A stretch of 63,441 bases of DNA from Bacillales bacterium (GCA_016288635.1 JAEEKZ010000027.1:1-63441), one strand, 5' to 3'. Positions 25,464 through 34,512 are shown, counted from the first letter of the stretch. Notes: a model not told the origin generated them from the sequence alone. A program made the numbers and translations.

Positions 25464-26612
25464 TTAAATGAATATTTTGGTGAAATATGTATCTACAAAT
25501 TCATCATCTGTAATTTTGCTTTCAAGATATTTATTAAAGGCTTCTTTATTAATTCCGTCTTTTACTATTTCATTATAGTTTGGATAATAGTTCTCAACAT
25601 TTTCTCTTGTAACTTCATATGTTTTACCACTGAAATTATATTTTATTGTTTTAACATTATCTATTAAAGCAAATATAGATACAGAATTATATAATAGACT
25701 TTTTTCTACATAATAGTTTTCATCTATATACCAATCAGTTATATGATAATCAATTGTTAAACTTAGGTTATCTGGATCTATTGCAAATACATAGCCATAT
25801 TCTGATAGAGGCAATGAATTAATTAAATTACTATCATTACTATTATTGCCTACATATTTGTTTTTATATTTAATAATATTATCAATTCCTGATTTATCTC
25901 TATTAAATGGTACAACAGGAATAGTATCTATAGTATATTCATTTTTAGTATCAATAATTACATATTCATTTGGAGTATTACTATTTACTCTATATACTTT
26001 ATAAAGCGGATTGTCACATTCATATACGTAACCATTTCCTGTCTTTATAGTACAAAATCTTGGTAATTGTCTTAGTGATACAACACTTATATAATCAATA
26101 ATGAATAAGGCTATTATGTATAATGCAAAAAATGCTAAGCATATTATTAATCTTTTAGAGTATTTAAAATTTTTAGTTAGCTTACTAACACCAATTAATG
26201 ATATTATTGCTCCAAAAACAGAGTAAATACTTCCCCATGAACTTTCTGATGCAAACATAGTCATGGCTGTAAAAGATATTAAAATTCCTAAAACTAATAA
26301 TACAATTCCTAAGTTATTTCTAATTAGATTTATTTTCTTAGTTGAATAATCGATAGTATTAATAATGTTTTCCTCAAACTTTTCTTGATATTCTTCTTTC
26401 TTTAATCTTTCACCACTTAGTAATTCATTAATAGTAATACCTAGTTCATCACACATTGGTTTAAATAATGATAAGTCCGGCATGTTTCTACCATTTTCCC
26501 AGTTACCAACTGATTTATCTGTTACTCCCAATTTTTCCGCTAGTTCTGATTGTGTCATCTTTTTATCTTTACGACACTTGGCTATAAATTTACCAATCTT
26601 TTCTTGATTCAT
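25464..26612 (-). CDS. Membrane-tethered XRE-family HTH regulator with an extracytoplasmic DUF4825-like domain
   Basis: The HTH is CRKDKKMTQSELAEKLGVTDKSVGNWENGRNMPD. It has 3-4 TM helices. The C-terminal segment is KYKNKYVGNNSNDSNLINSLPL. Confidence 0.75.
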   Translation of the reverse strand: MNQEKIGKFIAKCRKDKKMTQSELAEKLGVTDKSVGNWENGRNMPDLSLFKPMCDELGITINELLSGERLKKEEYQEKFEENIINTIDYSTKKINLIRNNLGIVLLVLGILISFTAMTMFASESSWGSIYSVFGAIISLIGVSKLTKNFKYSKRLIICLAFFALYIIALFIIDYISVVSLRQLPRFCTIKTGNGYVYECDNPLYKVYRVNSNTPNEYVIIDTKNEYTIDTIPVVPFNRDKSGIDNIIKYKNKYVGNNSNDSNLINSLPLSEYGYVFAIDPDNLSLTIDYHITDWYIDENYYVEKSLLYNSVSIFALIDNVKTIKYNFSGKTYEVTRENVENYYPNYNEIVKDGINKEAFNKYLESKITDDEFVDTYFTKIFI

Positions 26613-26697
26613 ATTTTTTCTCTCCCTTCACGCTAACATCATATCCCTTTTATTATATTTTTTACAGGAAACGATTCTAGGGTTAATAAAAATAATA

Positions 26698-26720
26698 AAC
26701 TGGAAATAAAATTTCCAGTT
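26698..26720. promoter_or_regulatory. Perfect 10-bp inverted repeat upstream of the XRE gene at 25464-26612
   Basis: AACTGGAAAT-AAA-ATTTCCAGTT. It lies after the terminator of the upstream gene and before the XRE start. It could be an operator or a second terminator. Confidence 0.45.
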
Positions 26721-26759
26721 ATATTTTATCATATAAAAAGCAGATTTAAATATCCGCTT

Positions 26760-27740
26760 TTAATTAAATTTAGCTGATGATAATAACTTTTCAATAAATT
26801 CATCACTTGTGTTTTCTTCTCCACCAAGTACCATATAATATTGTTTATCATCCTTTATGATATGAAGTTGTCTTAATCCTTTAGGACTTCCTGAAACATT
26901 AAAAATATATCCATTAAATTTACCATTAATTAGTGTGATACTATCAAATGATGGGAATGATACTGAAACATATGAATTTAATAAATAGTTGATTTCCATT
27001 TTATTTTTACTTGTAAATATATTACTTTTAAAATAATAATTATCTTTAATATGTTTTATTAAATCAATATCATTTTTAATATTGTGATTATCTAAATATT
27101 TTCTTACATTTTTGTTCGTTACTTCAGGTTTATATTCTTCACCATCATCAGTTGCTAATTCCATGTTTTTCATATTTAGCATGTTTATGAATTGTGTTTG
27201 TACCCCAGTTGAATACATTGATACTACTTCATTATTTTCATCTCTTTTAACTCTAAAAGTAGATGGAGATTCTGTATCAACATATCCTTCAAAATAATTT
27301 GGTATTGATAAATCACCAAAGATAATATAATCACCATCATATTTTGAATCTTTTATAGTTAACGTCTTATTAAATATTTTGCTAGTATCTATATCCTCTC
27401 TTATTTCTTCGTGATATTTATTTAACATTAAAGCCTTGTATCCTACAAAGGCTAATAAACATACAAATATAATTACATAGATTAATAAATGTTTATATTT
27501 TCTTGTTGCTTTTACTTTCTTATCAATTGTTTTCACCATTTTATCATCCTCCTTTAATAATATGTCTAGAGATATATTAAAATCATTACTGATCTTAACT
27601 AAAGTTTCTAAGTCTGGGTAGCTTTTACCGGTTTCCCAATTTGAAATTGTTTGTCTTGTAACATAATATTTATTAGCAAAATCGTCTTGTGTAAGATTAT
27701 TATCTTTTCTAATCTTCAAAATATTTTTCCCTAGTTCCAC
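26760..27740 (-). CDS. Membrane-tethered XRE-family HTH regulator (GTG start)
   Basis: The HTH is IRKDNNLTQDDFANKYYVTRQTISNWETGKSYPD. It has one TM helix and an uncharacterised extracytoplasmic domain of about 220 aa. The SD is AAAGGAGAG. Confidence 0.75.
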   Translation of the reverse strand: MELGKNILKIRKDNNLTQDDFANKYYVTRQTISNWETGKSYPDLETLVKISNDFNISLDILLKEDDKMVKTIDKKVKATRKYKHLLIYVIIFVCLLAFVGYKALMLNKYHEEIREDIDTSKIFNKTLTIKDSKYDGDYIIFGDLSIPNYFEGYVDTESPSTFRVKRDENNEVVSMYSTGVQTQFINMLNMKNMELATDDGEEYKPEVTNKNVRKYLDNHNIKNDIDLIKHIKDNYYFKSNIFTSKNKMEINYLLNSYVSVSFPSFDSITLINGKFNGYIFNVSGSPKGLRQLHIIKDDKQYYMVLGGEENTSDEFIEKLLSSAKFN

Positions 27741-27824
27741 GTTACTCTCCTTTCATAAAAAAGCATATTATTTGAATAATAAAATGTCTAGCAAAGTTTA
27801 TTTGCATTTGCTTTTTTTCTTATA

Positions 27825-28238
27825 TTATTTTCTTATCCACAAGTAAACCCCATCTTGATTTTCAGGTTTATATTTTAGACCACATTTAATATAGAATTCT
27901 CTATTACTAGCTGTAGGGCTCGCTTCAAGTTGAAAACATTCGCCTTCTTTAACCATACTATCTAATTCATTTATTAATGATGTGACTATTAGTTTACCAA
28001 CGCCTTTTTTGTGATATTCTTTTAAAACCATTATATCAGTTAGCATTCCCTTTAATGCTCCATCACCAACAATTCTACCAACACCAATACATTTATCATC
28101 ATCATATGCACTAATGTTAATCATAGATCCCTTAACTGCTCTTTCTATTAAAGATGGTGGTACATAATTCCAGTCTAAACTTTTACGAATTCTAATAAAA
28201 TCATCTACATTTATTTCTTTTTTAATTGAATAATTCAT
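27825..28238 (-). CDS. GNAT-family N-acetyltransferase
   Basis: 137 aa. The acetyl-CoA motif A region is DIMVLKEYHKKGVGKLIV. Confidence 0.75.
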   Translation of the reverse strand: MNYSIKKEINVDDFIRIRKSLDWNYVPPSLIERAVKGSMINISAYDDDKCIGVGRIVGDGALKGMLTDIMVLKEYHKKGVGKLIVTSLINELDSMVKEGECFQLEASPTASNREFYIKCGLKYKPENQDGVYLWIRK

Positions 28239-28279
28239 ATTTATTTACATCCTTTTAATATAATTATATTATAGCATAT

Positions 28280-28306
28280 AAAAAAGTGGATTATATCCAC
28301 TTTTTA
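28280..28306. terminator. Terminator hairpin between the co-directional GNAT (27825-28238) and AlkD-like (28304-28975) genes
   Basis: AAAAAGTGGAT-TAT-ATCCACTTTTT. The stem is flanked by an A run and a T run, so the form is bidirectional although both neighbouring genes are on the minus strand. Confidence 0.7.
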
Positions 28307-28975
28307 TTTCAATGTTTTAAGATAAACTTTATGCTCTTGTGATACTCTATAACTTTCTATTGCTTTTTGAATTGTTTTACTATGTACCCATGGGTCAAGA
28401 ATTTTTTCTTCTAAATATTTAATTGTTGAGTCATATTGTTTTGCTAAAGCAGTAGCAAAATACCATGCTTGCATCATTTTTAAATAATATTCATCTTTCT
28501 TTTTAGAAGAAACTAGTTCTAGGTATTCTTCTTTAAAATCCTTATCTAAATATTCATTCATTAGCATACGAATACCGAATCTTGCTGTATAAACATGATT
28601 TGATTTTATCCATTTTTTTATTAATGGAATTAACTCGTTATGATGTTTTTTAAATACTAATGGTGTTGCTTGATCACATACTGGCCAGCAATCAATAAAA
28701 GGAAGGAATCTTTCTACTTCACTAATACATTCATTAAAATCTTTAATCTTTGATATTAGGAAGAAATGGACGAGATTTTCTTCATAATATTGATGAGGTA
28801 AAGTTTTTAAAAAATCATTTGCTTCTTTTGTTCCAAATACTTCTTTTGCAATATTTCTCATTTCTGGAGTTCTTACTCCAATAATTGTTTCTTTGTTAAT
28901 ATTGGGAACTAGTTTACTTTGAAACTCTTTATAATCTTTATCTTGATACTTCATTAGTCTTTCATAAACTGTCAT
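28304..28975 (-). CDS. DNA alkylation repair (AlkD-like HEAT-repeat) protein
   Basis: The family-typical N-terminus is YKEFQSKLVPNI..IGVRTPEMRNIAKE. ATG at 28975 has an AGGTGAG SD. The longer ORF-track start would overlap the ABC gene. Confidence 0.65.
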   Translation of the reverse strand: MTVYERLMKYQDKDYKEFQSKLVPNINKETIIGVRTPEMRNIAKEVFGTKEANDFLKTLPHQYYEENLVHFFLISKIKDFNECISEVERFLPFIDCWPVCDQATPLVFKKHHNELIPLIKKWIKSNHVYTARFGIRMLMNEYLDKDFKEEYLELVSSKKKDEYYLKMMQAWYFATALAKQYDSTIKYLEEKILDPWVHSKTIQKAIESYRVSQEHKVYLKTLK

Positions 28976-29003
28976 TTTTCTCACCTCATTTATTATACCA
29001 TTT

Positions 29004-30689
29004 TTATTTTGCAGATTTGTATAGTTTAGTGAAATAACCATTTTGAGCTAATAATTCAGCATATTTTCCTTGTTCTTTTATTGCACCATCTAATAATACA
29101 TAAATGTTGTCTACATCTTTAATTGTTTCTAGTCTGTGAGCAATAACAATTAAAGTTTTAGCCTTTAGTTCTTTTAGTATGTTTTCCATGACAGCTTTCT
29201 CTGTTATGTTGTCCATCGCAGATGTTGCTTCATCAAGTATTATTATTTTTGAATCATCAAAGAATAATCTTGCTAAAGCAACTCTTTGTCTTTCACCACC
29301 AGACATTCTTATTCCTTTTTCACCTAGTTCAGTGTCTAAGCCATTTTCTAGTTTTTCATAGAACTTGTCTAAGCAAACTAGTTTTAATACATTGACTATT
29401 TTCTCGTCATCAACATCTTTATCAAATACTAGATTTTCTCTTAGTGTTCCGTCAAATATTGGGGCTTCTTGAGATACGTAAGTTACATTGTCATAGAATA
29501 AGCCTAAATTTATTTTTGATAATTCTTGTTCATCAATTAGGATGTTTCCTTGATCATATTTTATTAATCCCATGATTAATTTTATGATTGTTGACTTTCC
29601 AGATCCTGATTCTCCCACTAGGGCAACTGATGAATTTGCTTTTATTTTGAATGATAACTTGTTTAATATTGTCTTTTCAGAATTGTATGCATAAGTAACA
29701 TTTTTGAATTCAATGTTTCCAATTACCTTTTTTAAAATTAATCCTTCATTTAGCGATTCATCATCTTTTAAATCTAAGAACTCAATGTATTTTTTTACAG
29801 TTACTTTGTTTAATTTGTAATCTACATATTCAACATTAAATATTGCAATTGGCTCGTATGCTTTTCCAAGTAATGATATTACAGTTACTACTGCCCCAAC
29901 TGAAAGGTTGGATTTGAATACTGCATATCCTAAAACCACTATTTGTAAAATGTTTACTATTAATGAGAATGCAGAAAAGAATATTTCATGAACTAGTTTT
30001 ATTTTGGTTTTGCCATCTACAATGTTTTTTATTCCTTCCTTAGTAACTTTTATTTCTGTGTCATATTTTTTGTTTGTTCTAAAAACTACTAGTTCCATAA
30101 ATCCTCTTATTAAATGTTTGTTTAAGAATTCTTGGTTTAATAGAATCTTTTCTTTTAGTTTGTATAGTCTTTTTAATAAAACATTTGATATTATAACTAC
30201 TAAAACATAACCTAGAAATACAAACAAAACATATTCCTTCTTTACTCTGTAAATGAAGAATAGACTAAAGAACGCTGTTGGTATTAACCATCTTAATAGT
30301 TTTAGCCAAAAATCTACCATTATGTCTCTTGATGCAGTTGCTCCATCTTCAACTTTTTGTGAAAGCTTTCCAGTTCCTATTTTTTGATATTCTAAATAAT
30401 CAATTGTTTTCATTTTCTTTAATGATTGTAATTTAAAATCTAAATATAATTTGTTTTTTACTTGTTGTTCTGGATAGTTTTCAATGTATCCTAGTATAGT
30501 AGATATTATTAATAATATTCCATAAATAACTAGTGGCATTATAGTTAGTGTTTTAAATTGGAACGCGTCTAATATTTTTTGATAATAAGTAACAGCATAA
30601 AGATTTAAAAAGTTTATAGTTATTCCAATTAACACATAGAAAACTATCATTTTCATGTTTGTTTTTATTACTTCTTTGAATAATTTCAT
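29004..30689 (-). CDS. ABC exporter, fused permease/ATPase (multidrug/lipid type half-transporter)
   Basis: It has a 6-TM N-domain. Walker A is GESGSGKST, the signature is MSGGERQRVALAR and Walker B is IIILDEATSAMD. Confidence 0.85.
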   Translation of the reverse strand: MKLFKEVIKTNMKMIVFYVLIGITINFLNLYAVTYYQKILDAFQFKTLTIMPLVIYGILLIISTILGYIENYPEQQVKNKLYLDFKLQSLKKMKTIDYLEYQKIGTGKLSQKVEDGATASRDIMVDFWLKLLRWLIPTAFFSLFFIYRVKKEYVLFVFLGYVLVVIISNVLLKRLYKLKEKILLNQEFLNKHLIRGFMELVVFRTNKKYDTEIKVTKEGIKNIVDGKTKIKLVHEIFFSAFSLIVNILQIVVLGYAVFKSNLSVGAVVTVISLLGKAYEPIAIFNVEYVDYKLNKVTVKKYIEFLDLKDDESLNEGLILKKVIGNIEFKNVTYAYNSEKTILNKLSFKIKANSSVALVGESGSGKSTIIKLIMGLIKYDQGNILIDEQELSKINLGLFYDNVTYVSQEAPIFDGTLRENLVFDKDVDDEKIVNVLKLVCLDKFYEKLENGLDTELGEKGIRMSGGERQRVALARLFFDDSKIIILDEATSAMDNITEKAVMENILKELKAKTLIVIAHRLETIKDVDNIYVLLDGAIKEQGKYAELLAQNGYFTKLYKSAK

Positions 30690-30722
30690 AATCTTAACCT
30701 TCTTTCATTTTTAATGTGGTAT

Positions 30723-30812
30723 TAAAAAAGAACCTCCTTTCATGAACAGCAAAATCACCACAAAAATTTCCTGTGTCTATTTTGTCATTCATGAGGAGAT
30801 TCTAAGGTTCTC
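30723..30812 (-). terminator. Leader (attenuator) terminator upstream of the ABC exporter
   Basis: On the minus strand, GAAC..CTCCT-CATGAA pairs with TTCATG-AA-AGGAG-GTTC across about 45 nt, followed by TTTTTT. The 5' arm lies inside the 10-codon leader ORF. Confidence 0.5.
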
Positions 30813-30817
30813 TTCAT
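30785..30817 (-). CDS. Candidate 10-codon regulatory leader peptide MKRTLESPHE
   Basis: A GTGAGG SD lies 6 nt upstream of the ATG. Codons 3-10 form the 5' arm of the terminator hairpin that precedes the ABC exporter. Confidence 0.4.
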   Translation of the reverse strand: MKRTLESPHE

Positions 30818-30887
30818 TATTAACCTCACATATTTATATGTGTCTTGGTAATAAAACGCGAATAACTAATTGATTTATTACGCCCTT

Positions 30888-30916
30888 AATATACCAAATT
30901 ATTAATATTAAGTCAA
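30888..30916 (-). promoter_or_regulatory. Sigma-A-type promoter of the ABC exporter leader
   Basis: TTGACT-17 nt-TATATT with an extended -10 TGg, about 190 nt upstream of the ABC start codon. Confidence 0.55.
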
Positions 30917-30996
30917 TTTTACTTCATTTCGAAGCCTATTGTACCTTTGTTATTAGCACAAGTTACGGTTGCTATACTTCTTGCTTATTATAACAT

Positions 30997-31020
30997 AGAA
31001 AAAGCAGATGTTAATCTGCT
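30997..31020 (-). terminator. Terminator of the 31019-32329 gene
   Basis: AGCAGAT-TAAC-ATCTGCT followed by TTTTT, read on the minus strand. Confidence 0.7.
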
Positions 31021-32329
31021 ACTCTCTATAATAACTTGTATCAATGTATGGATCCATAATATATAATAAACGCGCAACGTTTTCCGAATCGCTATATCCT
31101 ACGCAGTCGCCATCTTCGCCCAATTTAATTTTCGCGCCATTTTGATAAACATAAATCAAACGCGTTCCCATGTCGGCTCCAAGGCAACTACTTTCATAAG
31201 ATGCTTCCTCTTTTGTTAAATTATTAATACCATCTCTTATTTCTTCTAATCTTTGAGTTGGTATCATCATTTTTCTAGTTCCTTTATCAAGAATAAAATC
31301 TTTCATACCATCTGGTGTATCAACATCATATTTATAAAAATATTCATTAATACTTCCATCTGTTCCTTCTCTGTAATTCCATTTATAGAGTGAGCCGTCA
31401 TCGAAAATTGCAGAGCCGTATAACGAATTATCCCAAGCAGCGTTTTCATAATATTCAACAACTAGAAGTGATTTGTTTAAACGATTATTATCAACAAAAT
31501 CGTGGTTAAACTCTAAATTTATTACTTCGTCTCTATAAATGATGTATTGAAAAGAACAAATTACTTCCTCGTTACCATTAATTTCCTCGTAAATTTTTAC
31601 ATCTATAGTATCATCATCTCGTGATATTTCTGTGATAATTCTACTAAGTTCGAAATTTTCCAATACTTGTTTTTTTAACCCGCTTGTATTTGCAAGATAG
31701 ATTGTATTATTTTCATATGCAATGTAATAAAGTGCATTATCATAAATAACATTTTCACCACGTCCAATATAGCCTAAATGTTGCATATCTTCCGAATAAA
31801 TATCTATAAAATCGGAATAATCGTGTTTGGCATCAAAAAAATAATATTTGCCTTTTAGCTCAATGAAATTGCCCCCATCAGATAAAGTCTCATCAAGGGA
31901 TTCTATGCTTTTTTTAGATTTATTTACAAGATATACATATTTTGGATAATCAGTACCTGGTTGATATCCCTCAAATATTGCATACTTATCGTCCTCTTTT
32001 ACTTTCGTTATTTCAACTATAATATCATTACTAATTACATAATATTCACCATCAAATGTATACTGAGTATTCAATTCATTTTCCTCAGCATAATCTTCAA
32101 ATGCTTTCTTTGCTTTCAAATATGTTTTTTGATATTGTTCAGTATTACTTTTACTTACTGTTTTTATTTTTTTATCGGCGCTTTGGTATTCTACTATCTT
32201 TTGATTATTTTGATTATTAGGCACATCTTTTTTTGCAAAAATATAATATGCTAATGCAGATGCTAACACAAGTATAATAGCCACTAAAACACAAATTAAT
32301 ATTTTTAATTTCTTATCGTTATTTTCCAT
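31019..32329 (-). CDS. Membrane-anchored hypothetical protein
   Basis: 436 aa with an AAAGGAT SD. It has an N-terminal TM helix and a large extracytoplasmic domain. No motif recognised. Confidence 0.65.
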   Translation of the reverse strand: MENNDKKLKILICVLVAIILVLASALAYYIFAKKDVPNNQNNQKIVEYQSADKKIKTVSKSNTEQYQKTYLKAKKAFEDYAEENELNTQYTFDGEYYVISNDIIVEITKVKEDDKYAIFEGYQPGTDYPKYVYLVNKSKKSIESLDETLSDGGNFIELKGKYYFFDAKHDYSDFIDIYSEDMQHLGYIGRGENVIYDNALYYIAYENNTIYLANTSGLKKQVLENFELSRIITEISRDDDTIDVKIYEEINGNEEVICSFQYIIYRDEVINLEFNHDFVDNNRLNKSLLVVEYYENAAWDNSLYGSAIFDDGSLYKWNYREGTDGSINEYFYKYDVDTPDGMKDFILDKGTRKMMIPTQRLEEIRDGINNLTKEEASYESSCLGADMGTRLIYVYQNGAKIKLGEDGDCVGYSDSENVARLLYIMDPYIDTSYYRE

Positions 32330-32364
32330 TTTTATTTATCCTTTCATATTTCTCTAACGTTTTG

Positions 32365-33147
32365 TTATTTTATACTATCTCTAAATTTTATAATCTCATC
32401 TAGTGTCTTAAAGTCAATTGTTTGCTTACTATCGCTTAAACTCTTTTCTGGATGAATATGAGTTTCAATTAGTAAACCATCACAACCCGCGACTAATGCA
32501 GCTTTAGACATTGGTTCAACCATATATGCATTGCCACTTGCATGAGATGGGTCTACTAGTACTCTAAAGTTTGTATTATGTTTAATATATGGTATTGCTT
32601 GAATATCTAAAACGTTTCTAGTTTCATTAGAAATATTATTTCTAATTCCTCTTTCACATAGTATTACATTTGGATTTCCTTCTTTTAAAATATATTCAGC
32701 AGCTAGGAACCATTCTTCGTATGAAGCTGAAAATCCTCTTTTTAGTATTACTGGAGTTTTAGTTTTACCAGCTTCTTTTAATAAAGCATAGTTATACATA
32801 TTTCTAGTACCTATTTGAATTATATCTATTTTGTTACCATACTTCTTTACTTGTTCAATTGAAGTTAATTCAGTAACAACATGCAGTCCTAATTCCTTTC
32901 TAACTCTAAGTAATATTTCTACGCCTTTATCTCCTAAACCTTGAAAGGCATATGGATCTGTTCTAAGCTTAAAAGTACCAGCACGCATAAATTCTATATT
33001 TCTTTTCTTTAGTTCTTTTGCAATGCTTAATAGTTCTTCATAACTACCAAAAGAACATGGACCAGCAATTATTAATGGCTTAGTCCAATCTATAGTAAAC
33101 TTGTTGGATACAAGTTTTTTTGCTTTTCTCATTTTTTTATAAAGCAT
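32365..33147 (-). CDS. aroF: 3-deoxy-7-phosphoheptulonate (DAHP) synthase, minimal type I-beta without a regulatory domain
   Basis: Motifs are IIAGPCSFGS, LKRGFSA and VDPSHASGN, followed by LLIETHIHPEKSLSDSKQ. The catalytic barrel is only 260 aa. Confidence 0.8.
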   Translation of the reverse strand: MLYKKMRKAKKLVSNKFTIDWTKPLIIAGPCSFGSYEELLSIAKELKKRNIEFMRAGTFKLRTDPYAFQGLGDKGVEILLRVRKELGLHVVTELTSIEQVKKYGNKIDIIQIGTRNMYNYALLKEAGKTKTPVILKRGFSASYEEWFLAAEYILKEGNPNVILCERGIRNNISNETRNVLDIQAIPYIKHNTNFRVLVDPSHASGNAYMVEPMSKAALVAGCDGLLIETHIHPEKSLSDSKQTIDFKTLDEIIKFRDSIK

Positions 33148-33167
33148 AGTTCACACACCCTTTTTTA

Positions 33168-33416
33168 TTAAAAATTATCCTCGTCGTCCTCGTAATAATA
33201 ATCATCTTCGTCTAATTCGTCACCCTGGCCAGGATATTCAAAATCCCATGGGTTATAATCTCCCCTTCTAACAGCTTCTTTTTCTTCCTCTTCTAGACCA
33301 TATCTGTCCATTTCTTTTTCAAGTTCTTGTTCTTCTTTTGTTTTTTGAGGCTTTGATGTAGGCTTATCTAAATCTAAAGCTCTACCAACATCTGCGATGA
33401 ACGAAATTATTCCCAT
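33168..33416 (-). CDS. Small highly acidic protein
   Basis: 82 aa with an AGGAGGTAA SD. The C-terminal tail is DELDEDDYYYEDDEDNF. Confidence 0.55.
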   Translation of the reverse strand: MGIISFIADVGRALDLDKPTSKPQKTKEEQELEKEMDRYGLEEEEKEAVRRGDYNPWDFEYPGQGDELDEDDYYYEDDEDNF

Positions 33417-33490
33417 AGTAATTACCTCCTAGGATATTTTTATTATACCATATTAATTGTTATAAAAAATAAAAACAGGATTATTCCTGT

Positions 33491-33778
33491 TTATTTTTCT
33501 TCTTCATCTAAATTTTTATCAATTTCATGAAATATTTCAATAACTTGTTTTTTAATCCATGACTCATTTACTTTGTCTCTATTGTTATTAATTCTATTGA
33601 TTAACACTTTGTAATATTCTGTATGAGATCCAATTCCCATTGTAGTCATCATAATTGTAGAATCACTTATATGGCATCTTTTCATTAAGTCTACAAATGT
33701 ATTATATACTTCATCTCCACTTGTATTATTAACTGCTTTAGAGATTAAATCTTTTTGTTCTTCATTTAATTCTTTCAT
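33491..33778 (-). CDS. Hypothetical small protein
   Basis: 95 aa with an AGAGGG SD. A terminator lies downstream. Confidence 0.55.
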   Translation of the reverse strand: MKELNEEQKDLISKAVNNTSGDEVYNTFVDLMKRCHISDSTIMMTTMGIGSHTEYYKVLINRINNNRDKVNESWIKKQVIEIFHEIDKNLDEEEK

Positions 33779-33813
33779 AATATAACCCTCTTTCTAATTA
33801 ATATTATATCATA

Positions 33814-34512
33814 TTATTTTTTTAAACATAATTGCTTATATTTTAAGTATAGGAATAGTTTACCTATTAAAGTAAATATTATTGAAAGAACAAGCATTGA
33901 ATAGGCAACACCTATTCCAGTTGTATCTGCTGCTAGGTGTGGATTAAATCCAAACCAACCTGATTGTGAACTATAGTTTAAGAAATTATATGGTGCAGTC
34001 ATCGTTCCCCATCTATATCCTGTTTGACCTAATATAACAATAAAAACCGAATAAATAAGTGGCGGTATTATTGCATAATAAGCATCATATTTTCCTTCTT
34101 TATAATCATAATCAAATGCAAGAAAATCAACTATTGCTAGCAATGGAGTTATAAAATGTAGACAAAGGCTTCCTCCATCACACCAAAGGTATGCTGAAAT
34201 TAAACCACCATTAAAGCTTGGAGCTAATAAGAACATAAATACTAGGAACGTTAAAGTAATAGATATTGTTGAAAAAAACTTAACAACATAAAGTTTATTA
34301 CTAACTTTTCTTTTTTTCTTTGTTAGATAGCATTTAATATCTATCATTAAAAAGATAAATAATACTACAATTATTAATATATTTGATAAAACCGTAAAAT
34401 AAGTAAAACTATCTATAGAATAAATAGTTTTAAATAAACCATATATACCAGATATAATGGCTATTGATTTAACAATTATACTATTAATATTTTCCTTTCT
34501 ATTATATTTCAT
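33814..34512 (-). CDS. Polytopic membrane protein (Pr6Pr/FAR-17a-like?)
   Basis: ATG at 34512 has a GGAGG SD 5 nt upstream. It has 6 TM helices and the motif FTYFTVLSNILI. Confidence 0.55.
   Translation of the reverse strand: MKYNRKENINSIIVKSIAIISGIYGLFKTIYSIDSFTYFTVLSNILIIVVLFIFLMIDIKCYLTKKKRKVSNKLYVVKFFSTISITLTFLVFMFLLAPSFNGGLISAYLWCDGGSLCLHFITPLLAIVDFLAFDYDYKEGKYDAYYAIIPPLIYSVFIVILGQTGYRWGTMTAPYNFLNYSSQSGWFGFNPHLAADTTGIGVAYSMLVLSIIFTLIGKLFLYLKYKQLCLKK

Noticed and set aside
30690-30885. The ABC-exporter leader considered as a riboswitch or T-box
   Set aside because: I could not find conserved riboswitch cores or T-box elements (specifier loop, AGAGA, or a T-box 14-mer). The leader is short and AT-rich. 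It has a translatable mini-ORF overlapping the terminator, which fits ribosome-mediated attenuation better.
32365-33147. DAHP synthase homologue considered as KDO-8-phosphate synthase
   Set aside because: The KRG and DPSHxxG motifs and the GPCS metal-site context are of the DAHPS I-beta type. As I recall the KDO8PS equivalents, they are KKGQ and D(V/A)THxxQ. No LPS genes are present and the context looks Gram-positive.
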